Positions 1 to 13,663 of a stretch of 64,000 nt of DNA are shown here, in pieces. The position numbers and the translations under genes were made by a program. The first letter of the stretch is position 1. Every line of letters begins with the position of its first letter. The notes below the pieces were generated by a model. It did no database searches, had not been told where the DNA came from, and saw nothing but the letters and a program-made list of their open reading frames with translations. The DNA is from Moniliella sp. 'wahieum' (Eukaryota), in NCBI GenBank assembly GCA_003971905.1, contig RSEE01000029.1, forward strand, positions 620,001 to 684,000. The letters are read 5' to 3'.

Positions 1-110
1 GTGGCTCCGGTGGCGCCTCAGGGGGGCGGATGTTGCAGCCACACTAACCCCGCCCTTCTTCTTGCCTCGGCACATTGCCGCCCAACCATCCCACCCAACC
101 ACCACCGCCC

Positions 111-1147
111 ATGTCTGCCGACACCCCCCAGCACCGCCTCCGCTACATCAAGAGCAGCACCGCCGCCCTCGTCGGCTGCCCCAGCACCGCTGGCCAGGGC
201 AAGGCCGGCGTCGAGCACGGCCCCAACGCGCTCATCGAGGCTGGCCTGCCTGCGCAGCTCGAGCAGCTTGGCTGGCACGTCGAGTTGACGGCCACCAGGA
301 CTTTGCCACGATTGCCACCCCCGAGTTCGTTGCCAGCGACACCGATCTCGACGGCATGAAAAGCCCCGGACCGTGTCGGCGATCACCAAGCACGTGGCCG
401 AGGTCGTTGCCGCCCACGCCACGCAGGGCAAGATTCCCGTCACCTTGGTGGCGACCACAGTCTGGTGCGTTGCTCCCCGCTTCGTTTTGTCTGAGCTAAC
501 GCGCTAACACGGCTGTTGCTAGGGTTTGGGCACTGTGCTTGGCACCCTCACTGCCCACCCCGAGCGGGCTGATCTGGGTCGACGCTCATGCCGACATCAA
601 CACGCCCAAGTCGACCGAGAGTGGCAACCTGCACGGCTGCCCGTTTCCTTCCTGCTTGGGCTCAAGGACAGCTGGTGCACCCGTTTGAGTGGCTCCCTGG
701 TCCGGCAGGCAAGTTCCTCGACCCGAAGCGGCTCGTGTTTATTGGCCTACGGGATGTGGATGCGGGGGGAGAAGCAGATCCTACGCGAATACGGCATCAA
801 GGCCTACTCGATGTTTGAGGTGGACAAGTATGGGATTGGTGCGGTGGTGGACAAGGCGCTGGACTACCTCAATGACGGCGTGCAAGGCAAACGTCAACGC
901 CCCATTCACCTCTCCTTTGATGTCGATGCCATGGACCCCACTGTCGCCGCTAGCACGGGACCCCCGTTCGCGGAGGCCTCACCTTCCGCGAGGGCCATTC
1001 ATCTGCGAGGCGCTGTACGAGACGGGCAATTTGGTTGCCATGGACATTATGGAGGTCAACCCTGCTCTTTCTCCTGAGAACGCAGAGGCAACCGTAGCGA
1101 TTGGCTGCTCCCTTGTCCGCGCTGCGTTGGGGGAGACGTTGCTCTAA
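111..1147 (+). CDS. CAR1: Arginase; one intron about 465-522; several apparent sequencing frameshifts
   Basis: Motifs pieced across frames: [63 protein letters not shown], ending LGETLL-stop at 1147. Intron GTGCGT (465) ... CTAAC ... TAG (522). Confidence 0.93.
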
Positions 1148-2604
1148 GGCTGAGCGCTTACCGCAACCCGCTTTCCCCGCCTCGCCCGCCCTTGTCCGTC
1201 ATACTATTTGCAACAACTTATCAAGTTCGCAATGCATTATCAAGTACTTGTCCACCACGTGTGCCGCTGGCCCGATCCAATCCAGTTGGATGGGGGGTTA
1301 ACGGCAGCGGTGCTCGTATTCATACAACAACGTTTGAGGAGGCCACGAGAGGTGTGTGCTACGCAAACTAGAACGAGATAGCATTTGCCAGGGACGTTTG
1401 ATACCATTGCTGTCCCTATCGACTATCCCCCACCAAATCAAGCAGACCAGTAGACATTTTTGCTGTCACCATGTCATTGACATCCACCCTGCCCTCGGAC
1501 CAGACTGAGAATACTGCATGGCTACTGCACTAGCAGTCATCGATCTTGTGCCCGCTGTGGCACGATGAAAAGTAGTGCCAATGAGAGCGCAGCCTTCCTT
1601 CCACGCTGTGTCTATAGGCGGGTCGGGTGTCACGGGCGTCAGGTGTGCTGTATGCTGGGTGGCGAGTCACTGGGGGTGTCGACGCAGGAGGAAGGTGGCG
1701 CAAGGGCGGGGCGGACGGGTGGATGGCCAAGCCAGGGGCGAGATGGATAAGGAGTTGGACGCGTTGGAGGGGAGGCAGGTGCTGGGCCTGAGGGGCAGAG
1801 GCTGAGCCAGGAGCAATCGCAGTCCGCTGGCAGCTGTGGCCAGAGTGACCCGTGGCATGCGGCCGTACACTAACTCAGGCCAATTATGGTGCGCATCAAA
1901 ATGTGGGTGTGCTAGGGTGTGGATTCGCTTGCCCCAGTACGCCGTAGTACGCACATCCGTCCTATCCTCCTGGCGGCATGGGCCACCGCTGCCGCCTAGA
2001 TCAGCCAGCAGCGCCCTTCTTGCCCGCCAGATCCCAGCGCCACGCCACGCAAACGAGCGGGCAAGCGGACGAGTGGACGCACGCGTGGACCGTACTGGGA
2101 ACGCCCACGACTGGGAGAGCAGCCGGCAGCGCGCTAGGCTGGCACGTTACTACGCTTGGACGTCCCTCTGCCAACTCAACCACCTCCCTCCCTCGGCCTC
2201 ATGGCGTCGCCATCGAGTATATCATCGCTTACTAGTGCTTCCCCTTTGCGGATCCTGCCAGTGGTCCCTCCTGCATCCTGTACGATGGCCCTAGCCCCCC
2301 CCAGGCACAAACCTGGGCACCCCCCCCGCATCGTAACCGTACTAGACAGCCACTGGTGCCCCCCCCAAGAAGAAGAGGTTCACAACCCCCGCCTGCGCGT
2401 GATCCTACGAGGAATATGATCTGTGCCCAACCAGGCCAAATAGCACACAGCCATGTAAGACACCCACCCCCTCTTGTCCCCCAACAGCACATATCTTCCA
2501 CGCTTGATCAGTCGCGCCCTCGTTTCCCGCTTTCCTCTTTCTTGTGCCGTCTTCCCTCTGCCTCCCACCACCACCACCTGCGCCTCGCTCCTACCTGCCC
2601 CGCC

Positions 2605-3333
2605 ATGCCTGCCGCCAAGACTGCTGCGCCCAAGAAACCCGATGCGCTCCTACGAGGTACGTGCTCTCCCTCGCGTGCCGTTGGGCGCCCTGCGCTCGCC
2701 GCGCGCTCTGAGGCTGTGGAACGACAAGGGACAAGTTTGCCACCTGGACTCTGGCGCTGCCTTGCTGCCTCGCTGCTCAATATTCAATACTCAATGCTCA
2801 ATGCTCGGTACTGACACGCTCCCTGGCTGATGCAGGCAATGATCAAGGAAGCATTCTTGCTCACCCGGAAGCCGCGCGAGCTGGGCTGTCGCGTCAGCTG
2901 CTCAAGAAGTGGATTCAGGCGCAGCACCCGACCACCGCCGAGAGCCCCGCAGCTACCTTTAGCGGACTGGTTGCTCGCGCCATTGCCAAGGGCGCGGAGA
3001 AGCATGTGTTCCTCCTCCCAAGGGCCCGGCCGGCAAGGTGAAGCTGGCTCCGACAGCCAAGGTCGCAGTAAAGAAGGTGCCGTCCAAGTCCGCTGGGCCA
3101 AAGAAGGCTGAGAAGAGGACGGCCAAAAAGACGTCGAGCACAACAAAGAAGGCGAGCTCGGCCAAGAAGGCGGGTACGAAGGCTAAGACTCAGACGAAGG
3201 CTAAGGCTAAGCCTACCACGACCAAGGCCAAGGCCAAGTCTACCACGACCAAGGCGCCCAAGGCCAAGGCCAAGACGTCAAGGCTGCCAAGCCCGTCAAA
3301 GCCGCGCCCAAGGCAAAGAAGGTGGCGGCCTAG
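2605..3333 (+). CDS. HHO1: Linker histone H1; intron 2657-2835
   Basis: MPAAKTAAPKK start. Globular-domain pieces YE|AMIKEA..., GLSRQLLKKWIQ, LVARAIAKGAEK..F.LP.KGP.GKVKLA. Lys/Ala/Thr-rich tail ends KAKKVAA-TAG (3331-3333). Intron GTACGT...CAG. Confidence 0.88.
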
Positions 3334-3835
3334 GTCGTACGAGCCTTGTGTCTGCTCTTGTCGTTTGACAGCGTGGCTCGATCGACTGGGTTCGCGCGTG
3401 ATCCGTCTGTGTACTATTTCCTTTCTCCTTCTCCTTCGCCTTTCGCCTTTCGCCTTCGGCCTTTCTCCTTTCGCCTCCCTCTGTCCCCTTCTGTCTTACC
3501 CTTTCCCCTCCTTGGTGACATGTTCTCACTCCTGTACTATGTACTACTTCATCCGCTCCCCTTATGCTCTGTTCCGTCTGCACAAAATGGACGGGGTTCA
3601 TTTATAGAGCAGACTAGCTAGGCCGTGGGCGCGAGAGCAAGGAAGCTGTCCACTACCGTTCAAGCTTCTATGTGCATTGGCTCGGTACCGTGCCGAGGCA
3701 AGGGACTAGAGCGATCAAATCAAATCAAATCTAACCAGTAATAGTACATGGCAAGAAGGGAATAGAGGGGGAGATACAACAAGGCCACGAATCAGATCCC
3801 AGTCCCAAAGGGAGGGTGCAACTGCTCGAGACGAG

Positions 3836-5227
3836 CTAGAAGGCAATGCCCAGGCTCTGTGCAATGCTTCATGTACGACTCGGCAAGACGGGTGAGCGAG
3901 TCGCGCTCCTCCTGCAACTTGAGCACTTGCGCATGGTGCTTCAGGTGGATCTCCTCAATGTGCAGGTAGGTCAGCAAGTGTGTCGTCGTGGAGCAGGCTC
4001 TAGAGTCAGGGGGGACAGGAACATACCTGGTTCTCCAATTCGCGGCATGTCTTGTCCCGGGCTGTAGCTTCTTGCAATTTGGCCTGCTTGTCGGCGGTAG
4101 CGAGCTTGAGTGACTGTTGCAGTTCCTCCCGCTTCTTGGTCCATAGGTTACGTTTCTGTTCCAAGTTGGCCAAGAGGCGTTCGGAACGGGCCGTGTCCAC
4201 TTCGATTCGCTGGGCAGCCTGCTTGTGTTGGAACAGGAGGTCGTCCAACTCGGTTCGGTCGCGGCGACATGAGCCTCCAACTCGGCCGCAGCCGTTTTCT
4301 CCTTATCGGCACGCGCTTGCTCACTGACCACACGGTGCATCGCTTCGTTGGCAGTGGCCAACGCGGCGGCCAAGGACGCGGCCGAGTCGCGCTGCCGCGC
4401 CGCATCCGACGCATTGCGCTCCTCCTCGGCTAGCTCGAGCTTGGCAATGCGCAGCGCCTCGTGAGCTGCGTCAAGGCCGCCAACAAGGCTTCGGGACTTT
4501 GACGTGTGCGTCGCCGGAGCGCTTCGACCTCGGTGGCGAGGTTGTGAGCATGCTTCGTCCCGAACGCGCGCGCTTCGCGCGTCGCCTTTTCCCGCTGAAA
4601 CTTCCAACGTGGTCAGGCGCGGTTTGCTCGGCACGCAATTCGCGCAGACGCTTGTCCAGCTATCGTTCCTGCGAGAAATTTCGCCCAGTTCGGCTTCTTC
4701 GGCTTTTTCTTGCGCTTTGATCGCGGCAATTTCCTCCTCCTTGCGCGCCACCTCGCTGCGCAACTCGTCCCGCTCCACCACAAGGGCATCGCTATTGGAT
4801 GTCAAGGCTTCGAACTCGTGGATGCGGTCGTGGCGGTGGCCCCAAAAGTTGTGCAGGGCAGAGAGGTGGCGCTTGAAGCGGCCCTTTTGAGGGCGGGTGA
4901 GGTCGAGCAGGGTAAAGTCGGTAATGGTAGCTGCGGTCATCAGCTCGCGCATCTCCCGAAAGAGGTAGAGGATGTTAAAGGAGGACACGTAGAGCTCCTC
5001 GTGCTCCAAGCCACTGACGGGGTACGTCTGCGCTGGTCAATCAGGTCTTGGTTCACCCCGCTGAGGCCCTCGAGAAAGGCACTGAAGCAGGCCTCGGCCA
5101 CCGCCCGGTTGGGCGACGAGATCTGCTCGGCAGAGATGGGACAGCCGAGCTCGGTCTGCAGCAGCTCGCTCAGCGCCTTGGCGGACACATGCGGGAAGGA
5201 GGTGGAGGTGACACCGGGCGCGGCCAT
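3836..5227 (-). CDS. NUF2: Kinetochore Ndc80-complex subunit Nuf2; probable intron about 3960-4026; 3' end approximate
   Basis: N-terminal CH-type domain (FPHVSAKALSELL..LGCPISAEQISSP; ITDFTLLDLTRPQKGRFKRHLSALHNF) followed by a long coiled coil. GTATGT donor at 4026. Confidence 0.85.
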
Positions 5228-5445
5228 GGCGTGCTGCAGGGCAAGGAGCGGATGGTGGGGGGGAGGAGGGAGGACAGCGGACGGTAGACGAGTGTTGAAC
5301 TCGACGTTGATTTGCGCTGGCTCACGCGTGCCATCAGCGGTGGGCCCTCACCCATCGCCGCCTCACCGCACGCGTGAGTCACGCGCCCAGAGGGGTGCAT
5401 CACGTGACAGGACCTGTCTTCAACTTTGCTACCGACGGTGGTGGG

Positions 5446-5501
5446 GAACGTTGAACATTGAACATTGAACATTGAACATTGAACATTGAACATTGAACAT
5501 T
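5446..5501. repeat. Heptamer tandem array (TTGAACA)7 preceded by GAACG
   Basis: Seven exact copies at 5451-5499, in the divergent NUF2/cyclin intergenic region. Confidence 0.97.
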
Positions 5502-6097
5502 CCTACAACGCTGGCGTTGCACCGATGGGGGAGGACCACGTGCCACGCGCAAAGACGGGGCTAGCGCCTCCCAGCCACGTCCTGGGTCCAATGTACTGTG
5601 TACCCGCCGTGTGCGGTGGAACCAAGGAGGGGGGGGGCAGGCACTGGACAGCACTGCACGTGCGCAACGCGGCGTGTGCTGAGTGGATGGGGTTGTATTT
5701 CAAACGGAAGCGCTGGCGTAGCGTAGCCCTGGTGTCTTTGCCTCCGCACGGTCCAGCTTCCGATCCAAGTTGAACGTTCAAGCGCATTGCCTTCCAACCA
5801 GCCCCCTTCTGGGTAGGATGCTGCCTGGGCAGCGTGGGCCTTGGCCCCAAAGAGGGGGGAAAGGGGCGCACGAAATGGGAAAGGGCCAGCGGAGGATAGG
5901 CTGTGGAGGCGACGCGGCAACGGAGCGGCGGGAAGCGCCGACTTGGAGCCAGTGGGAATTCAAGTTGAATATTGAATGCTGGCGGGTGGGAGGGTGATGC
6001 GGACGGGTGACGCGCAGGCGTGTGTCGAGCATGGCGCTCGTAGCAGCTGTGGCCCGCAGCGGCAGAGGGGCAGTGTGTGCACCGGGTTCGTTGGACG

Positions 6098-6676
6098 ATG
6101 GATGATCCTGTCGAGGTGCCTCGGCTGCTTCCGCCCAGCAGGCGCATCCACCCTCGAGACGCTCGGCATCACCAACTGCCTGCCCTCACCGCCTTGCGTC
6201 GCCTCCTCTCCTGCTCTTCTCCTTCTCCTCCTCCCTTGGGCCAGCGAGCGCGCGTGCTAGTGCCCGTGCCAGTCTCCGCGTCAGCACCACAGGCAGCACC
6301 GGTGTCCCCGCCCTGCCTCCGTACCCTCCCTCAGTCCTCAGGGCCTCATCCTGCACCCCCTGGCCACAGACCACCACGCCTCCCTGACGTTGACCCTCTG
6401 CCGTCACCCAGCCCCCACCGCCGCTGCGCCCCCCCCCACCCCCATTGCCGCCCCTGTCGCTAGCCCTGTCTCAGTCGCTGTCGCCATCGCCATCACCATC
6501 GCCATCACCATCATCATCACCATCGTCCTCCTACCTCCCACCACTAGCCCCCCCACCCCCGCGCCATGTCGGCCCCGCATCCCACTCACCCCATCTGCCC
6601 CTCCTTGCCCCGGCAACCCTCCTCTGGGTCTGCCAGCCCCCGTGCGCATGCTGACCCTCCCGGTCCCCGCCAGAGT

Positions 6677-6709
<33 letters not shown>

Positions 6710-7952
6710 GCCCCCTGCATCGTCTTTGCATGGCCCGCAGTCCCTACCCCCACCCGGGTCGGACCCAGCGGACCAGCCCAGGCCACATCTCGACCTGGCC
6801 ACCTACCCCAGCCGGGACTTGTGCGGGTGTTGGCCGCGCTATTGCAGCAGATTGCCAGTGCGAATGACCGCTTGAGCCCTCGGACCACCAGTGCTTCCCA
6901 TTCTCACTCCCAGTCCCAGTCCCAGTCCCAATCCCAATCTCAGTCCCAGTCTCAGTCCCAGTCCCCGTCCCACTCTCATACGCGGCAGGCAGCTGCGACA
7001 ATACCCGATTCGACGCCTGGGGAGGACGGGAAGCAGCCTACGACGACGGATTCTGCCAATTCTACTGGCTCTGCTGGTACGGTCAATCCAGCTGCCCCAC
7101 CTGCTGCGAACCGGTGGGAAGCGCTCGAGTCGAGTCTGGACCGGATTAGTGGTACTCCACAGATGACGTCGGCAGCGCAAGGGGCGCTCACCACGGTAGT
7201 AGCACACTGTGTTTCCATGCACGCACCGTACCCAGCATCTCGATTGCCGACTACTTGTTGCGCATCCTCAAGTACTGTCCCACCACCAATGAGGTCTTCA
7301 TCTCCCTCCTGGTCTACTTTGACCGCATGAGCCGCATGGGTGGTGCTACCTTTTCCGCCTCCCCTTCTCTCGGCGACGACAAACCCACTACGGCCGTCAC
7401 GGCCGACAGTCTGACCCAGGCTAGGCTTTCGCCGCAGGACAAGCTCCCACAGACCGCTCGCCCTGGTCGGGCTGCGCAGGACGAGCCCGAGGCCGAGTTG
7501 GTGTACCCTGGCATGAAGGGCTTTGCCATTGACTCGTTCAATGTGCACAGACTCGTCATTGCCGGGATCACGGTAGCGAGCAAATTTTTCTCGACGTGTT
7601 CTACACCAACTCGCGCTACGCCAAGGTGGGTGGACTGGGCGTGACCGAACTGAACCAGCTCGAGTTACAGTTCCTGCTGCTCAACGACTTTCGCCTCTCC
7701 ATCCCGCTCGACGAGTTCCAACGCTACGCGGACCAGTTGCTCCAGTTTGGTTTGGGCCAGCTCCCGCCGCCCGGACCCGAAGCAGCCAACAACACCCCAC
7801 CTTGCTTCCCACCCGCACTCGACCCACACTCGCACCCACACTCGCACCCGCACTCGCACCCACACTCGCATTCCCACACCGAACCAGGTGCACACCCTTC
7901 GGCACCTCGCCAACCTCACGCCCACTTTGCCGTGCCCTCGGGCCACAGCTAG
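6098..7952 (+). CDS. Pho85-type cyclin of the Pho80/Pcl6-7 subfamily; start codon uncertain
   Basis: Cyclin-box pieces: FHARTVPSISIADYLLRILKYCPTTNEVFISLLVYFDRM; FAIDSFNVHRLVIAGITVASKFFS; FYTNSRYAKVGGL...ELNQLELQFLLLNDFRL. Flanking segments are low-complexity (Pro, His, SQ). Confidence 0.87.
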
Positions 7953-9191
7953 TACCGCATCTGGCCTGCCCCATGTCCACTTGCACTTGAGGCGCAACGC
8001 CCTCCCCCCCCCCCACTTGCCTGCTGAAGGCGCTGAAGCTTGAAGCAGGATCGGCTACGCTGGGCCCGGTACGCCCCCCCTTCGCGCTCTCTCTTGCGCA
8101 TCGATGTGCTGTTCATCCATGTCGCACCCCCCGCGTGCATGGCGGGTCGTTCGCTCCGAGCTCAGATCGGAGACTCAGATCAGAGACTCAGATCTATTCT
8201 CTATTCCACTCCCTCATCTGTTCTGTCTTCGCTGCATGTAGGTAATCGGTAAATCGGTAACCTTCTCTCCGATCTAATGCCTTACTTGCTCTTACCCAGT
8301 TCCTAGTTACTAATTACTAGGTTCCTGGTACCCGGGAACCAGATGTCCCGCGCGCGAGGGTATCGGCGAGGCCAGTTGTCAGCGCTCAGCATTTAGCCGG
8401 TAACCGGTAACCAGCCAAGTCACTAGTTGGTGACTAGTCACTACGTAGGTGGCCAGCTGCAGGCGTAACCCTAAGGAGAGACAGGGCTGGTGCTCCCCAG
8501 AAAAGGGGGGACAGTAGGTACAGCGCTGGGACAGCTCGCGTGGCGGCGCAGCGCTGCGACGCTTGCATGGGCCTCTTCCCCCTGGGGTTCCAGGCACCAC
8601 ACGAGCACAACAGGGCGCGACCCAGGAGCAGGGGGGGTACTAGTTACTAGTTACTAGTTACTATGCAGTCCCAGCTCCCCCGGCAACCAGCCCACCTCTA
8701 CCGGCTACTCCACCAATGCCATCCGTGGTCGAGGGATCGCAATTACATATACATACCCCAACGCCCACGCTGGCTCCACCCCGGCGCCACCTCTGGTCCT
8801 CCCAGGCTCAACGCGCTCAACGTTCAACCAACCGTCAAGCTCATCAAGCTTCAAGCTTCAAGCTTGCCAATGCGCAGTGGAGCACCAGGGGCCCCTCAAT
8901 GGCCATACCGATTCCGAGTGCCCCCGAGCCTGTCCAGCCCCTTGTGGGCTGTGGCCTACCTCCTTTCCGCCTGTCTTTCTCTTCTTTCCGCGCCCCCTCG
9001 CAAGCAATTTCCAGTGCAACTGGATGCTTGATTTATACACTCTGCAGTGCCCGCCGTACCGTCATGGATCGATGCTATCGCTGGATGATGCATGATGCAC
9101 GGCGCATAGGCCCAACTATACGACAGAAGACGAGCTCCATACGAGGAACATGTATTGTACATGGTAAAGTACATGAGCGCATGCGCGGGGC

Positions 9192-10947
<1,756 letters not shown>

Positions 10948-12250
10948 AGGCGCCAGTGCGTTGCCTACTTCGCACTTCCCTTATTGTATTACGGCCCTTG
11001 GAAGTCTGCTTCCTCTATGAAGATGCTTCTGTCATGCTAGCTGTCGTGTCGGGTACGCCTTCGACAGGTACTCAGTAGGTTGGTAGTGGTAGTGCTGTAG
11101 CCAGCGTCGCTTCGCAAGGCAGTGTGTCTGTTGGTGAGCACGAGCAGAGGGCAGTGTTGGGCCCGCTTGGAGCTCGAAGGCTGCCCACCGCCACCTGCGT
11201 GTGCGGCGCCCAAGCGAAGGCGACCTGTTGACGAGATGGGGGTCGGACTCGCCACCCCTTCTCGGCAACAGCCTCCGGCACTGGCCCCCAGCCAGCATCC
11301 CCAGGGCAGCACAGGCGCAGCACAGTGGCCGGCCAGGTCGGCATGTGCTGTTACGTATACCCCGAGCTCAGGCACGCTGCGACTGTGCTTGGTCTGGGGT
11401 GAGCTCCCTGCAGAAGACAGGCGCAGTGCCTGCACGCTCCGTTCGCCCCCCAGCAGTGGCCAGGGAGAGCGACCAGTGAGCGCCAGGTGGGCGACGCAAG
11501 CAACGCACGGCTGCGGGCCAACCTGCTCTTGCACCACCACCGCTCTCTGTGCCGCGCGCCTCTCCCCATCTCCAAGCATCGCAAATGGTCAGCATCCATC
11601 CGTCCATCCATCTGTCCATCCATCCCATCCATCCCACCCGCTCCTCCCCTTTCTCCTGAGCTCTGCTGCGCGTGGCCCGCGTCCATGGCCCGCTCGGCGC
11701 GTCGCGTGTTGCCTCCTGCGCCCCGCATGCAGGAGCCGTGTCCCCGCATCTGCGTGACGTGTGCTTGTGCTCGTCCGGCAGAGACACAACCCTCGCCCCC
11801 CTCTCCCCCCCTCCCTCTACCCCCCCTGCTCTCACGGCATGGACGTGGCCCAAGCGGGTGTGTTGAGCGGCCGTCGGGTTAACAAGCGGTCCGTGTGCAG
11901 CTGGCCTTGCCGTCTCTCTCCTTTGAGTCCTGGCCCCTGGTGCTTGTGCTGCGTTTGGGCCGTGAACTGCGCGAGACTCCATGCGTGTCTGCTTGGTCGA
12001 GGGCAGCGGTCGACCAGGACGCTGTCGGTCGACCGAAGCCGGACTGGGAAGCGCTCGTCTCACGCTAGCTTGACTAGGCGTGATGGAGCGGCGTCTCTCT
12101 TCTCAGCCTCCCCCTCACTCCTCCCTTCCCAGCCCCTTTCTCCTCCACTCCCCACCTCGACTTGAACTAACTCATCGTCTTGATGTCTGCTCGCTGTTTC
12201 CACTTGCTGTTTGATCCGCCCTGTCTACCGTTCCACCGCCTCAGTCCTCC

Positions 12251-13024
12251 ATGAACATTGACAAGCGTACGCTATTTTCTCCTCATGTGCACTTGGCAGG
12301 CAACTGACACGGGTCTCCCAGCCCTCGACGAGCTGATCAAGGCCAACCCGTCCGCACCCAGGCGTCGCTCGTCCCGTGATGGGGGGCGAAAACGGTCGTC
12401 GGCCTCACGTGCGCCCGTACCGGCTAGCCGAAACGCTCTCCCGCCGCGCCCGCGCGTGCCGTTCCCTCCGCGTGTGCCTATTGGCACCACGAGTGCTCCG
12501 GCTCCCCCCCGCCCCCGCTCCTCGTACGGCTCCTCGATCGGAAGCAAGATCATCCTCTCCAACCTGCCCACAGATGTGACCGAGGCGCAGGTACGGGAAC
12601 TGTTTACCACGTCGGTAGGACCGGTGAAGAAAGTGGTGATGAGCTATCAGCAGAACGGAGTGTCGACGGGAACATGCACGGTGATTTTTGACCAGGCTGC
12701 CGATGGCCAAAAGGCATATGATCAATTCAACAGTCGTCTCATTGACGGTACGCGTCCGCTTCGTGTGGAGGTGGTGGTGGATTTCGCCCAGGTACCGGCA
12801 ACTACACCGTACGCGCCTCCCATTGTGCTTGGAGGCCCTCCGCGCGGCAGTCGTGGTGGTGCCCCTCGTGGTTCCCGCGGTGGCGCGCGGGAAAGTGGTC
12901 GTGATGGACCGCGGGGGGACCGCGCGGCGGCTCGGCTCCCCGCCCGCACAAGACGCTCGAAGACCTGGATGCTGAGATGGATGACTACCTCAAAGCCGGT
13001 GCGGATGCATCCCCGGAGGCCTAA
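12251..13024 (+). CDS. YRA1: mRNA export adaptor Yra1/ALYREF (RRM); intron 12267-12321
   Basis: Spliced N-box MNIDKPLDELIK, RRM (KIILSNLPTDVTEAQVRELF..VGPV...IDGTRPLRVEV), RGG region, and C-box KTLEDLDAEMDDYL ending TAA at 13022-13024 after a frameshift. Confidence 0.88.
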
Positions 13025-13620
13025 GTCATCGTCGATCAACCGGATCCCCAGGCAACGTACGTTGCGCCCCCCCCCCCCCATTGGATCTGATCCACGTTGG
13101 TCTCCAAACATAATTTGGCGTTTTTGCAGTGGGGGCTGCGTTGGGACAAATGGTATCGTATCCACAGTTCAAATATCATCGACATCTATCATCCTTTCCA
13201 CCATAGGCGAGGAGACGGGGCAGCACAGCTTCTACCCGGTGCCCCCAACTAGTAGGCTTATGTGTAGCCAAGCTCTCTCCATTCCCTCGTCCACCTCTTC
13301 CCGTCTTCCCGGCCGGTTCCTGCCTCACTGGTCACCTGGACCGCCAAGCCTGCTTCCGAGCCCTAGTTCTCGTCTTGCGTTCTAACCGAGACCTCGCTCA
13401 ATCTCCACTCGTCGAATCGTTTTATGGTGCGCATGCTACCTCGATATTCCAATGCAGCCTGGGGAGGGGGGGATGAGAAAGCGAACTAGGGCAACAGCGG
13501 CAACATCGGTTCCAAACGAGACAGAATGGGGTAGGTGGCGTGACGTTGATAGACAGTAGACAGAGCTGGGAAAGGGACGGGGTACAGGGTAGGGTAAGTA
13601 TACGTGTGGCAAGCTTGCGA

Positions 13621-13660
13621 ATCGGATCGGATCGAATCGGATCGAATCGAATCGGATCGG
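13621..13660. repeat. Pentamer microsatellite (ATCGG/ATCGA)8
   Basis: Read directly; lies just beyond the inferred CorA stop. Confidence 0.9.
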
Positions 13661-13663
13661 ATG

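Noticed and set aside
5324..5375. ACGCGT (MCB-like) boxes upstream of NUF2
   Set aside because: Plausible, but ACGCGT is one of the abundant palindromes throughout this window, so two copies are not informative.
11032..12165. Several overlapping ORFs of 130-230 aa between H4 and YRA1
   Set aside because: No recognisable domain, and they cross a (CCAT)n microsatellite; consistent with GC-rich shadow ORFs.
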